This document shows positions 1-9,796 of a DNA stretch of 64,000 bases, one piece after another. Position 1 is the first letter of the stretch. Every line of letters begins with the position of its first letter. This DNA comes from Spirulina sp. Its GTDB lineage: Bacteria; Cyanobacteriota; Cyanobacteriia; Phormidesmidales; Phormidesmidaceae. Location of the stretch: the NCBI GenBank assembly GCA_044070495.1, contig JBIPSI010000002.1, positions 201,945-265,944 on the forward strand. Direction: 5' to 3'. Position numbers and translations under genes: made by a program. The notes beneath the pieces are model-generated. The model had not been told where the DNA came from and did no database searches. It saw only the letters and a program-made list of their open reading frames with translations.

Positions 1-66
1 TGGCCGTGCCGCTGCCCTCGGCGCATTGCTGCCGCAGACCGCACCACCGCCATCAGCCTTGTTGTT

Positions 67-411
67 TTAGAGCCCCGGCAGATTGAGACCACCGGTCAAC
101 TCCTCCATCCGCTCTCGCATGGTGGAGGTGGATTTCTGGTAGGCATCTTTCATGGCGGCGGTGATCAAATCCGACAGCACCTCAACCCCTTCATTCAGGG
201 CTTCGGGGGCCAGGGTAATGCCACGGGGCTCTTGGTTGCCGCTCATGGTCACCTTCACCAAGCCGCCGCCCGCTTCGCCTTCAATCTCCATTTGCTCTAG
301 CTCTTCCTGGAGCTGTTTGGCCCCTTCTTGAATCTGCTGGGCTTTTTTGAAGGCTTCGGTAAGCTCCTTCATTTTGCCTAACCCAAACCCAAATCCTTGA
401 CCTTGTGACAT
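67..411 (-). CDS. ybaB: YbaB/EbfC family nucleoid-associated protein
   Basis: [57 protein letters not shown], typical cyanobacterial YbaB. Confidence 0.93.
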   Translation of the reverse strand: MSQGQGFGFGLGKMKELTEAFKKAQQIQEGAKQLQEELEQMEIEGEAGGGLVKVTMSGNQEPRGITLAPEALNEGVEVLSDLITAAMKDAYQKSTSTMRERMEELTGGLNLPGL

Positions 412-589
412 GGAGTTACTCTCGAACGAATGCTAATTACGTGCCCATGGGCTATACGATTTTAGCGTCCAGTGGCTTTAGCGCCCAGTGGCGATTTCCA
501 GGGGTGTTGTGGTCGCGGGGAAGCCGTTAGCCCATCCGTGATCACCGTGGTTAGTATTCAGTGGCAAAGAAAGCCCCAATCCGAGGAGG

Positions 590-1453
590 CTAGGGGGAGT
601 TAAGGCGATCCTGGAGGGAGGTGGGGCCAATATCTTGCAGGGTATAGCCCTGGGGGTAGGTGCGGATGGCTTGATCCACAAAAAAGTCCGGCTCGGTGCG
701 AGGTGGTCTACGCCGCAGCAGGTGACTGCGGGCAGTGAGGGCCACCTTAGCCGCAGTCTGAAGCCAAGTCGGTGCAGGCTCCCAGCCCAGGGCCTTGATC
801 AAGGCTTCATCTAGAAGGGCCGGAATACCGCCGTTGACGACACCCCGAAGCGGCGACGGAAACCAGGACAACAGCATGGCGCGAGTGGCATTGGCCACCC
901 GTTGGTTGCTGGGGTGGTGGGCAAAGTGCTGGGCTTCGTAGGCTTGGTTGAACTGCTCAAAGGCCTCATAGCTGGGCGGAATCTCCCGCAGCCCCATGTG
1001 CAGCCCCACCGCCTGCCAAAAGTAATAGCAGGCGAGCTTTTCGCTGTCGCAGGGGGGCCGCCAGCCAAAGCGATCCAACCAGCGAATCGGCTCGTAGATA
1101 AAGGTAGACAGGACGTAGAGAAAGTCCTCGTTGGCAATGGCGTAGTGGCCATGGATGGCATTCATGCGCTGAATAAAGGCCATCCCCCTAGGGCTGTCGT
1201 AACCCTGCTTGAAGACTTCCGAGACCACAATGCCCGTGTCGTCGTAGCGCTTTTGGGCGTGGTGCTGAAATTCCCCCGTGCGGTCTAGCAATTGGGCAAT
1301 GCTGGGCACACAAAAGGTTCGCAGCAGCGCCACTTCTAGGGATCGCGTCATGTCCCAGGGAAACTCATAGCCCGCCATCAGGTGACAAATACGCTGATGA
1401 TCGACCTGGGGATCAAGCTGTTGAATGTGGCGCAGCGTTGCATAGCGATCCAT
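590..1453 (-). CDS. Oxygenase MpaB-like / DUF2236 family protein
   Basis: LRTFCVPSIAQLL..TGEF..QKRYDDT..RMNAIHGHY..NEDFLYVLSTF; start taken at MDRY (ORF extends to 1471). Confidence 0.8.
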   Translation of the reverse strand: MDRYATLRHIQQLDPQVDHQRICHLMAGYEFPWDMTRSLEVALLRTFCVPSIAQLLDRTGEFQHHAQKRYDDTGIVVSEVFKQGYDSPRGMAFIQRMNAIHGHYAIANEDFLYVLSTFIYEPIRWLDRFGWRPPCDSEKLACYYFWQAVGLHMGLREIPPSYEAFEQFNQAYEAQHFAHHPSNQRVANATRAMLLSWFPSPLRGVVNGGIPALLDEALIKALGWEPAPTWLQTAAKVALTARSHLLRRRPPRTEPDFFVDQAIRTYPQGYTLQDIGPTSLQDRLNSP

Positions 1454-1509
1454 TGCCCTACTCCATGTCACCCCAAGACCGCCGATTCACGGTTTTTCTC
1501 AGGATAACG

Positions 1510-2193
1510 TCAGTCGGCGTCTAGGGCATTGACATACTGGCTGACCAGGCTGTCTATCCCGGTGATGGCGGTGCCCACCACCACCGCATAGGCTCCGGCC
1601 TCTAGGGCCGCACGGGCCATTTCTGGGGAGGCAATCCCCCCCTCGCACAGGACGGGCACCCCACAGCGGTCTACCATAGCCCGCAGCAGATCGAGGCTAG
1701 GAGGCGTTTCCGTTTGGGTGGCCTCGGTGTAGCCAAACAGGGTGGTGCCGACGCAATCAGCCCCGGCTTCAACGGCCAGCAGAGCATTTTCTAGGCTGTC
1801 CACATCGGCCATCACGGGCTTGTGGAGGTGGGTGTGAATGTAGTGAATCAGATCGGCAAGGGTTTCTTGCCCAGGACGGGGGCGCTGGGTGGCATCCACC
1901 GCAATAATGTCGCTACCCGCTTGGGCGACGGCCTCGGCATGGTGGGCCTGGGGGGTGATATACACCGACGACGGCGGCAACACCTGTTTCCACAGGCCAA
2001 TGATCGGCTGGCTGAGCCGACTTCGCACCGCCTGAATGTGGCTGGGGGAATCGATCCGCACGCCAACTGCCCCCCGCTGCACCGCCGCCGCCGCCATGGC
2101 CGCAATCACCTCAGGATGGTGTAGCGGTGAGGAAGCCGGGGCCTGACAGGACACCACCAACCCACCCTGAATCCCCTGCAAACTTGCATTCAC
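1510..2193 (-). CDS. nanE: N-acetylmannosamine-6-phosphate 2-epimerase
   Basis: GLVVSCQA, PIIGLWK, VYITP, VMADVDS, GTTLFGYT, EGGI, VVVGTAIT motifs. Confidence 0.92.
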   Translation of the reverse strand: MNASLQGIQGGLVVSCQAPASSPLHHPEVIAAMAAAAVQRGAVGVRIDSPSHIQAVRSRLSQPIIGLWKQVLPPSSVYITPQAHHAEAVAQAGSDIIAVDATQRPRPGQETLADLIHYIHTHLHKPVMADVDSLENALLAVEAGADCVGTTLFGYTEATQTETPPSLDLLRAMVDRCGVPVLCEGGIASPEMARAALEAGAYAVVVGTAITGIDSLVSQYVNALDAD

Positions 2194-2352
2194 GCGACAA
2201 ACTCTCTTTTTTAGATATTTTTCCTAATCGATAACAGATTCCCGATGCCGAACGGACTCCCGGTATCGATGCGAGTATACGGTGTGGACTTCTCCTTGCG
2301 AAAGGGCTTCACTACGGGGTAATCCTACATTCTGATTAATTGCCGCTGATTT

Positions 2353-2375
2353 GGACGGGGAGACCCCGTCCCTAC
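2353..2375 (-). repeat. GTAG-type REP-like palindrome
   Basis: minus strand GTAGGGACGGGGTCTCCCCGTCC, 3 nt after the CocE stop; near-copy at 45531. Confidence 0.75.
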
Positions 2376-2378
2376 AGG

Positions 2379-4190
2379 TTATGGGGTTGGGGCCTGGGGT
2401 TGGACATCGGTAGACAGGAGGGGGAGATGCAGGCAGGAGGCCCAGTCTGCCCCATGCCATAGGGTGAGGGTAATGATGCGGTGATTGATTTGGGGCGTGA
2501 AGTTTCCTTCGTCCCCGGTGCCGCTGTTGACGGGGTAGGCCGGAAAGGCCGCAGCAGCCACACTAAGCCGGAGGGCGTGGCCGGGGGGCAGGGTGAAACA
2601 GGTAGTTTGCAGCGCTAGGGAAAGGGCCTGGGGGGTAGGTTGACCCGATATTGGATTCGATTCTGTGAGGTTCTCTGCCCCTGCGAGGTTATCTGATCCT
2701 CCGAGGTGAATGGGATTCTCTGACAACCTAAACCGACCGTAGCCCTGGGTGAGGTTGAAGGCACGACCATCGGGGTAGACCTCGGAGAGGACGGCACTGA
2801 GGTCTACGCTGGGGGCATCGGCGGTGAGGTAGAGGGTGAGGGTGGGGGTGCCCGTAACCTTTAGGAAATCCGCGAGGGGTGGGGTGCTGTAGGTGAGGAC
2901 ATCACTGCGGCCATCGAGGGCGGCGCGGTCGAAACTGCCGGAGGGAATGCCGCTGTGGCCCCCTAGGGAAGGCACGGGTCGCCAGGGGTCGTGGACGATG
3001 ACATCGTAGCTAGCGGGAAGATTCACGGTCTTGGGAGATAGGTGCCCATCATCGAGGCGCATTCCGGCCAGTCCGCTGCTATGGAGGTAGTAGGGGGTGG
3101 AGTGCGCTTGAGGCCAGTGGAGCCAGTCTTGCCAGCGGTTGGTGCCCATAGCAAACAACCGCACCGGAGAATCCTGGCTTAGCCCTTCATCCTGGCCTTT
3201 CAAATCCTGACCCTTCAACCAGTGGTTAAACCAGCGCAGTTGTAGCCGATCCACCGGGTTATCGGCCTCTGGGCCAAAGTCCCTCGCGCCCACCCGCCGA
3301 CTCCAGGGCAAATGCCCCCAGGGGCCAATCCACAGGTATTGGGGGGCCTGACTCTGGGCCTGCATCTGGTGATACAGCCGCAGGGTGCCGCGTAGGTAGG
3401 GGTCGAACCAGCCGCCTAGGTGCAACATCGGCAAATCCACCCCGGTCAAATCGGGATGCAGGGCTTGCCAGTAGGCATCGGGGTTGGGGTGGTTGCGCCA
3501 CAGGTGAAAAAACGAGTCGGGGGCCAGGTCTCGCAACAGGTCAGGATCGGCGGGATTTGGGGCATCCAGGGGAAGCTGGTGGCCCGCCTGATACAGGGCG
3601 TGGTAGGCCGCTGCATCCCCCGACCGCCGAGCCGTTTCCGCCGCCAGTTGGAAAGCCCAGCCCAGCCCAGCCTGCAACAGCAACGCCCCATTTTCGTAGG
3701 CCCAGTCGGCATAGAGGTCGTAGCCCACCATGGCCGGAGCGATGGCCTTCAGCGGTTCTGGGCGGCGGGCGGCGGCATAGAGTTGGGTCATGCCCTGGTA
3801 GGAAAAGCCATACATGCCCACTTCGCCGCTGCTTTTGGGCAGGTTGGCGGCCCACAGCACCGTGGCATAGCCATCGTCCGCCTCGTCCTCAAACAGGCGA
3901 AACGTGCCGCCAGAACTGCCCCGCCCCCGCACATCCTGAATCACCACAAGGTAGCCGTGGCTGGCATACCAGGTGGGATGGGCATAGACCACGGTGGAGG
4001 CAATGGCCCGTCCGTAGGGCTGTCGCATCAGCAGAACAGGGAATGGCCCTGGCCCGTCGGGGTAGTAGACATCGGCCTCTAGGGTGATGGAGGAAGGGGG
4101 GAGTCGGGAGTCGGGAGTTGGGGAAGGGGGGAGTGACCCTGGCAGGGTGAGGGTCAGTACTTGCTTTGGACAAACGGTGTATGGCCCCAT
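2379..4190 (-). CDS. CocE/NonD family hydrolase (peptidase S15-like)
   Basis: PVLLMRQPYG, QDVRGRGSSGG, GMYGFSYQG nucleophile elbow, GGWFD, IGPWGH. Confidence 0.9.
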   Translation of the reverse strand: MGPYTVCPKQVLTLTLPGSLPPSPTPDSRLPPSSITLEADVYYPDGPGPFPVLLMRQPYGRAIASTVVYAHPTWYASHGYLVVIQDVRGRGSSGGTFRLFEDEADDGYATVLWAANLPKSSGEVGMYGFSYQGMTQLYAAARRPEPLKAIAPAMVGYDLYADWAYENGALLLQAGLGWAFQLAAETARRSGDAAAYHALYQAGHQLPLDAPNPADPDLLRDLAPDSFFHLWRNHPNPDAYWQALHPDLTGVDLPMLHLGGWFDPYLRGTLRLYHQMQAQSQAPQYLWIGPWGHLPWSRRVGARDFGPEADNPVDRLQLRWFNHWLKGQDLKGQDEGLSQDSPVRLFAMGTNRWQDWLHWPQAHSTPYYLHSSGLAGMRLDDGHLSPKTVNLPASYDVIVHDPWRPVPSLGGHSGIPSGSFDRAALDGRSDVLTYSTPPLADFLKVTGTPTLTLYLTADAPSVDLSAVLSEVYPDGRAFNLTQGYGRFRLSENPIHLGGSDNLAGAENLTESNPISGQPTPQALSLALQTTCFTLPPGHALRLSVAAAAFPAYPVNSGTGDEGNFTPQINHRIITLTLWHGADWASCLHLPLLSTDVQPQAPTP

Positions 4191-4433
4191 GGATCGTGGT
4201 GTAAAAAGTAGTGTGAGCAGTGGTGTGAACAGTTGTCAGGCGCTTAATCCCAGTGTGACCTAGTCAGGGCGTGACCTAGTTAGGGAGAAGGGCAGGCGGC
4301 CAAGGGGAAATCCCTGGGGCAACAGTTCGGCTTTCAATACCTAGGCAATCCCATAATCTCTGACAGAATAGAGCCGTGGGTTGCTCGGTAGCCCGCTGAT
4401 TCACCCCCATCCTCGCGGAGGAGCGCTTAAATT

Positions 4434-4757
4434 ATGGATACCAACAACCTGCTACGGCAATTGCTAATGATTGGCGTGGGCACCACCTCCCTGGTGGCGG
4501 AGCGGCTGAAGCAGGTGACCGAGGACTGGGTGCGGGAGGGCAAGTTTAACCCCGACCAGGCCAAGGGCTTTGTGGATGAGGTGATGGCCCAACTCAACGT
4601 GAACAATGCCGCCCTCGAAGATCAGTTTCAGCGGCTATTTCGCAACACGCTTCAAGATTTGGGTGTGCCCCGACAGGCGGAAATGGACGAACTGCGGGGT
4701 CGTCTCGACCGCCTAGAACGGCAGATGCGCGATCTAGAAAACCGCACCTGGAAGTAA
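4434..4757 (+). CDS. Phasin-like / PHA-granule-associated protein
   Basis: LLMIGVG..WVREGK..QAK..DLGVPRQAEMDELRGRLDRLE; GGAGGAG RBS upstream. Confidence 0.75.
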   Translation: MDTNNLLRQLLMIGVGTTSLVAERLKQVTEDWVREGKFNPDQAKGFVDEVMAQLNVNNAALEDQFQRLFRNTLQDLGVPRQAEMDELRGRLDRLERQMRDLENRTWK

Positions 4758-4770
4758 GTCGGTCGCGAGT

Positions 4771-5721
4771 TCAATAGGCGGGCTGATCGGGGGGAGGGAC
4801 AAAACCAGGGGGTAGCGGGCTGAGTTGTCCGGTATACACCAGGGTTTGGCGCAGCATAGCGACGACTTCGGCACGGCTGGCGTTGCGATTGGGTTCTAGG
4901 CGCTTGACCTGGGGGTAGCGCGTCACCAAATTGGCCTCTAGGGTGGCAATTAGGGCGGGTTTGGCCCAGGCGGGCACTTGATCCGTATCCAGGTAATCTC
5001 GCAGCACCCGATCTGGACTGCTGCTCGACTTGAGGTTTAGCCCATTGGCGAGGGCCAACATCACCTGAAGCCGAGTCACAGCCTCGTCAGGACGGAAGGT
5101 GCCATCGGGATAACCCGTGAGAAACCCCTGCTCAACGGCGGCTTGAATATGGGGAACCGCCCAGTGGTTAGCATCAACGTCGGTATAGGCGGTGGGGCGA
5201 AGTTCCTGGGGCGTGAGGACAAAAAGGCGGCTAAGCTGGGCGGCAAATTCGGCTCGGCTCATCGGATCATTGGGGCGAAAGGTGCCGTCGGGGAAGCCCT
5301 TAATGAATCGTCGCTGGGCGAGGTCTTCTAGAATTGGAGCCGCCCAGGGGGCAAGGTCAAGGTCGTTAAAAGAAGGGCGGGGCGACTGACTGGGGTTGGA
5401 TGGCCACACCTCCTGGGGGGAGAGGGGTTGTAGCATCGGCGGTGGCGGAATCTCCAGGGGCGGGGCGGGGCGAACCCTAAGGGATGCCAAAAGACGCAGG
5501 GGATTTGGGAAACCGGGAACGGTCACCTGATCGACGGGGTGATCGCCTGGGAGATCGGAATTCAGGTGGGTTTGGTTAGAAGGGTGCTGCCGTTGCCGTT
5601 GCCAAAACCCTCCGGTGATGCCCGCCGCCACCCCCATAATCAGCACCGCTAGGGCGAATTTTGGCTGGAGACGAGCAGAACGTCGTTTGAACCCTGGCAA
5701 AGACGGCATGGGTACCCCCAC
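4771..5721 (-). CDS. S-layer homology (SLH) domain protein with N-terminal membrane anchor
   Basis: three SLH repeats (GFPDGTFRPNDPMSRAEFA; GYPDGTFRPDEAVTRLQ; LEPNRNASRAEV). Confidence 0.88.
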   Translation of the reverse strand: MGVPMPSLPGFKRRSARLQPKFALAVLIMGVAAGITGGFWQRQRQHPSNQTHLNSDLPGDHPVDQVTVPGFPNPLRLLASLRVRPAPPLEIPPPPMLQPLSPQEVWPSNPSQSPRPSFNDLDLAPWAAPILEDLAQRRFIKGFPDGTFRPNDPMSRAEFAAQLSRLFVLTPQELRPTAYTDVDANHWAVPHIQAAVEQGFLTGYPDGTFRPDEAVTRLQVMLALANGLNLKSSSSPDRVLRDYLDTDQVPAWAKPALIATLEANLVTRYPQVKRLEPNRNASRAEVVAMLRQTLVYTGQLSPLPPGFVPPPDQPAY

Positions 5722-6092
5722 AACACAGGCAAGCTAAGGCTAGCGCAGTTTTTAAGGTTTGACGTTGTTGCCTCGCCCTGGGGATGGGCCGTGGGGATAG
5801 GCAGAACAGATGGGCGAAGAAGAATGGGACAAAACGAGGGAAAAGTCAGTTTAGTGGGTAAGTATACTGGATCGGTGCAGCGGTTGTGGTCTCATTTTGG
5901 CAGGTCAGACTTGGCGCAGATCTTCCTTAACAGGGCAGAACCAACTAGGGCGGAACAGGACGACAACTCAGCCATGCGCCGAGTAGAGGCGATCCCTGGG
6001 CGATCCCCAACGCTAACCCGTCCATCGCGCCTAGTCTATACTGCTGATAGTCTGTCAGAACGATGACTCGAAGTTCCCATTGTCGGAAAAGC

Positions 6093-6824
6093 ATGAAACA
6101 GCGTATCGGACAACTCACTCTATTGACCATGGCAGCCCTAACCGGGGCAATCATGATATCCCTGGGGCCGAGGATGGCTTCCCCCCAGGCCATGGCCAAA
6201 CCCTCCCCCGGACAGGTTGCCGCCGCTACGCCCATCCCAGTCTATCGTCCCCAAGCCCCCATTCTGCTTCAGGGGGTGGTGGCTCCCCTCAATTCCCTGC
6301 GCCTGATGAAGCGGGCCTTGGCTGTAGCCGAGGATCCCAACAGTCGCACAGGCCTGCCCCTGCTGGATATCCTCAACGAACCCCTCAAAACAACGGGCCT
6401 TGGCCCCATTCAAATTGGCATGACCCTCGATGAGCTAGCGGACACCGGCCTGACACCCATCGCCATGGATGGGTTAGGTCAGGGTGCTTGCCAGTACTAT
6501 CGCATTCAGGGCAACAGCGAACCCATCGGCTTGATGGTTATTGATGATCGCATTCTGCGTATAGATGTGTGGCCCGGGAGCTTAATTGAAACGCGCAGTG
6601 GCGCAAAAATTGGCTCCACGGAGGCCGATCTGGTACGGCTCTACGAAGGTCGGCTCGAAGCCACCGCCAACCCCGTTACCCTGGGTAAGACTATTGTTTT
6701 TAGGCCCAGGGATCCCGGAGAAGATCTCTTTCGCCTCGTGTTTGAGACCGATGACCGAGGGCAGGTGGTGCAGTATCGTGCCGGACAGTTTCCCTCGGTG
6801 ACTTGGCCAGAGGGATGTCTGTAG
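6093..6824 (+). CDS. Conserved hypothetical exported protein
   Basis: signal-peptide-like N-terminus (MKQRIGQLTLLTMAALTGAIM); globular C-terminus GLGPIQIGMT..RLVFETD..EGCL; ORF open from 6063. Confidence 0.65.
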   Translation: MKQRIGQLTLLTMAALTGAIMISLGPRMASPQAMAKPSPGQVAAATPIPVYRPQAPILLQGVVAPLNSLRLMKRALAVAEDPNSRTGLPLLDILNEPLKTTGLGPIQIGMTLDELADTGLTPIAMDGLGQGACQYYRIQGNSEPIGLMVIDDRILRIDVWPGSLIETRSGAKIGSTEADLVRLYEGRLEATANPVTLGKTIVFRPRDPGEDLFRLVFETDDRGQVVQYRAGQFPSVTWPEGCL

Positions 6825-6958
6825 GGTCTCGGCTTCAACTGGCTCTAGAGGGTGCATTGCTTCGAGTGTAGTCAGCCCTTCGGGCATGGCGGACGCTAGG
6901 GCGCTAGCCTTGCCTTGACGTTATGCATCCTACGCCTGTTGACACGACCTGGAAGAAG

Positions 6959-8407
6959 CTAGGGTTCTTGCTGAGCTTTCTGAGCTTTGTATTTTTCTTT
7001 GAAAATGGCCTGCTGGATTTTGTGATCGACGATAGGGGTGGGATAGCCCAGGCGATCACCGATCTGCGCCGGAATCTTCCCAGTCACCAAGACCTGGGTA
7101 TCGAGGGATTTTAGCTCCGGCACCCACTGGCGGATGTAGTCGCCATCGGGGTCAAACTTTTGGGCTTGGCTGGCGGGGTTGAAGATCCGCAGGGGCTTTG
7201 GATCCATACCGCTGGAGGCGCTCCATTGCCAGCCGCCGTTGTTAGCCGCCAGATCGCCATCCACCAGGGTTTGCATAAAGTACTTTTCGCCCCACTGCCA
7301 GTTGATGATCAGGTCTTTGGTCAAAAAGCTGGCCACAATCATGCGGCAGCGGTTGTGCATCCAGCCCGTTTCCCGCAGTTGACGCATGGCGGCATCCACG
7401 ATGGGGTAGCCCGTACGGCCCTCACACCAGGCGGCGAACTGGTCTTCGTCGTTAACCCAGGGAAAGGTTTTCCACTGGGGACGATAGGGGCCATCGGCCA
7501 GTTCTGGGAAGGCGTAGAGAACGTGCTGATAAAACTCGCGCCAAGCGATCTCCTGCTGCCAGGTTTGCACATTGTCGCGGGCTTCGTCGCTGCGGCAGCG
7601 GTCGTAGGCTTCGGCGGCGGCGGCCCACAGGGTTCGGATGCCAATGGCCCCAAACTTGAGGGCGGCGCTGAGCCGGGAGGTGCCATCGACGGCGGGGAAA
7701 TTGCGCTGTTCGTCGTAGGTGCCGATGGCGTGGTCGTCGTCGCAAAATTCCAGCAGCCGTGCCTGGGCGGCTTCCTCCCCCGGTTCAACGGGAAAGCCGT
7801 TGTCCCACAGAAAACCCAAGTCCTTAGCGGTGGGTAGCGGCAGACACCCCACCGTTTTGGCCGTCTGACGTTCGACCTCGCTGAGTCCTTGAAGTTTGGC
7901 AGGAGCAGCTACGGGGGCGAGCTTGACTCGCCTGTTCCAGTTCTTCCAGAAGGGGCCGTAGACGGTATAGGGCTGGCCTGCCCCGGTGCAAACCTCCCCC
8001 GGTGCGTGGAGGAGTTGATCCCAGAACACCGTTTCGTAGGCGACCCCCACCGCCTTTAACCCCTCGACCACCGCCTTATCTCGCTGACGGGAGTAGGGTT
8101 CCACATCCCGGTTCCAGTAGACTGCCGTGGCTCTGAGGGCCTGGGCAAGGGCGGGAATTTTCTGGCGGGGATCCCCCTGGAGAATGAGCAGATCACTGCC
8201 CAGTTGGGCGTAGCGCTGTTGAAGCTGCTCTAGACAGCCAATCATATAGGCCACCCGCACCGGGGCAACCTCATCCCCTTGCAGCAAGCCTGGATCCAGG
8301 CAGAATAGGCCCACCACTTTGGGACTGCGTTCACGGGCAGCGGCGAGGCCCAGGTTATCCGCGAGGCGCAGGTCGCGACGATGCCAAAAAAGGATTAAAT
8401 CTGCCAT
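6959..8407 (-). CDS. phrA: Deoxyribodipyrimidine photolyase (class I CPD photolyase)
   Basis: [65 protein letters not shown]. Confidence 0.95.
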   Translation of the reverse strand: MADLILFWHRRDLRLADNLGLAAARERSPKVVGLFCLDPGLLQGDEVAPVRVAYMIGCLEQLQQRYAQLGSDLLILQGDPRQKIPALAQALRATAVYWNRDVEPYSRQRDKAVVEGLKAVGVAYETVFWDQLLHAPGEVCTGAGQPYTVYGPFWKNWNRRVKLAPVAAPAKLQGLSEVERQTAKTVGCLPLPTAKDLGFLWDNGFPVEPGEEAAQARLLEFCDDDHAIGTYDEQRNFPAVDGTSRLSAALKFGAIGIRTLWAAAAEAYDRCRSDEARDNVQTWQQEIAWREFYQHVLYAFPELADGPYRPQWKTFPWVNDEDQFAAWCEGRTGYPIVDAAMRQLRETGWMHNRCRMIVASFLTKDLIINWQWGEKYFMQTLVDGDLAANNGGWQWSASSGMDPKPLRIFNPASQAQKFDPDGDYIRQWVPELKSLDTQVLVTGKIPAQIGDRLGYPTPIVDHKIQQAIFKEKYKAQKAQQEP

Positions 8408-8544
8408 TAAAAACGCTCGAAGCACAGGAATGCCGGGTTACAGTATAGTCCTGAATTTGGCGTCCTTGCAGCGGCGGATCTGGCCTAGGTTTGGCCCTCG
8501 CGGCAACCGCCACTTCCCCCAGACCCTTTCCAGGAGACCTTGCC

Positions 8545-8709
8545 ATGCAGCAGAACAAATTGATCATCACCAGCACCTTCCAGGGCTACCTCACCTTTTT
8601 GGCCGAAACCCAGCCCAGCCTCTCCCCAGAGGTGGCCTGCCAGGTGGCCGCTGTGCTCACCCAGGCGGAATTTAGCCTGCAAATGGCCGAAAATACCCGT
8701 AAAGCCTAG
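8545..8709 (+). CDS. Small hypothetical protein (54 aa)
   Basis: AGGAG RBS before ATG; fills gap between phrA and DUF1028 gene; no family recognised. Confidence 0.5.
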   Translation: MQQNKLIITSTFQGYLTFLAETQPSLSPEVACQVAAVLTQAEFSLQMAENTRKA

Positions 8710-8733
8710 GCCAAATCGTCAACAACAAGGCGT

Positions 8734-8770
8734 AAAAAAACGGGTCTGGGGCCAAGGCCACCACACCCGC
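8734..8770 (-). terminator. Intrinsic terminator of the DUF1028 gene
   Basis: minus strand GCGGGTGTGGTGGCCTTGGCCCCAGACCCG followed by T7. Confidence 0.6.
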
Positions 8771-8819
8771 TAGTGTCAGACGTAACTCGGAATCAGCGGT
8801 ACCGCCAAGCCCGACGGCC

Positions 8820-9536
8820 CTAGACGGCCTTGGGTAGCCAGATCGGATCGACCTTGCGGGGCATGGTTAGGTGGTCGGGCATGGTTTGCCGGAAGGACTG
8901 GTAGTAGTCCTTGTGGGCCTCGTCGTGGAGGGTACGCAACAGGACAATGGGGTCATCGTGGTGATCCACCCGTAGATCGAGGTGGGGGTAGACGGTTTTA
9001 TCCACCACGTAGAGCGCCGCCGACTGTCGGCCCCGCTTATCGCCCCCGGCCTGGTCACCCGCCTCTAGGGCCAAGAGCAAACGGTCGGTGAAGCTAGCCT
9101 CTGGGTGGGATTGGTAGGCGCTGGCCATGGCCTCTAGGACGGCTGGCCCCACCAGCATATTCCCGGCTACCGAGAACCCCGGAAAGGTCAGGTGTCCGGC
9201 CCAGTCGGTGCAGTCCTCCCCTGTCCAGGCGGCACTGTGGCCATGGTGATCGACGAGGTGCACCTGGCGCTGCTGGCGATCCCCATCGTTTTGCAGCAGC
9301 AAATCCAGCACCACATCCGCCGAAGCCGTGCTAAAGGGACTCTCGGTGGCCTGCCGACGCTCTAGCAGGTCTAGCCCCCAAACCCCTAGTAGAGGGTTAG
9401 TCTGGGCCTGGGTGGCCACCGCCCCTACGCCAGCCCTGGCATGGGGCACCAAGGCCCCCACGGCCAAATGTTTTGTGGCCACCGCCACCCCAGTCATGCC
9501 CGTAGTAGCATCCCAAGCGACAATGGAAAACGTCAT
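8820..9536 (-). CDS. DUF1028 (Ntn-hydrolase-like) protein
   Basis: MTFSIVA N-terminus, GAVATQA, AGNML, GGDKRGRQSAAL, DLRVDHHDDP. Confidence 0.88.
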   Translation of the reverse strand: MTFSIVAWDATTGMTGVAVATKHLAVGALVPHARAGVGAVATQAQTNPLLGVWGLDLLERRQATESPFSTASADVVLDLLLQNDGDRQQRQVHLVDHHGHSAAWTGEDCTDWAGHLTFPGFSVAGNMLVGPAVLEAMASAYQSHPEASFTDRLLLALEAGDQAGGDKRGRQSAALYVVDKTVYPHLDLRVDHHDDPIVLLRTLHDEAHKDYYQSFRQTMPDHLTMPRKVDPIWLPKAV

Positions 9537-9796
9537 AGGTAAGTCCGTAAGGATTTAATTAAGATTTGTATTCAGTGCACATTGTTATTCTGAAAGGTTT
9601 CTGAAATCAAGACTGTTGTGGATCATACGGTTCTTGGTGGGCAAAAACGGCAACGGGGTTGCTGTAGATTGGGAAAAATCTAGGCGACAGGGGCAAGTTG
9701 ACGGCTTTCCCAAGGGTGCCGCCCTATCCCTCGACGGCCTGTGATTCCCCAAACAACCCTGCATCCACCCCCGATCCACCCCGTCCACTCCCCACG

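Noticed and set aside
1..53. Possible gene start on the minus strand at the window edge
   Set aside because: Too short to identify
2200..2345. Possible riboswitch upstream of nanE (GCGAAAGG-containing hairpin)
   Set aside because: No recognisable aptamer consensus; needs an Rfam scan
3420..4087. Long antisense ORFs (also 7160-7837, 29555-30211, 54949-55656 and others)
   Set aside because: Shadow frames of well-supported genes in GC-rich DNA
9567..9581. NtcA-like site TGTATTCAGTGCACA upstream of DUF1028/xdhC
   Set aside because: Spacing is one base short of GTA-N8-TAC and one half-site mismatches
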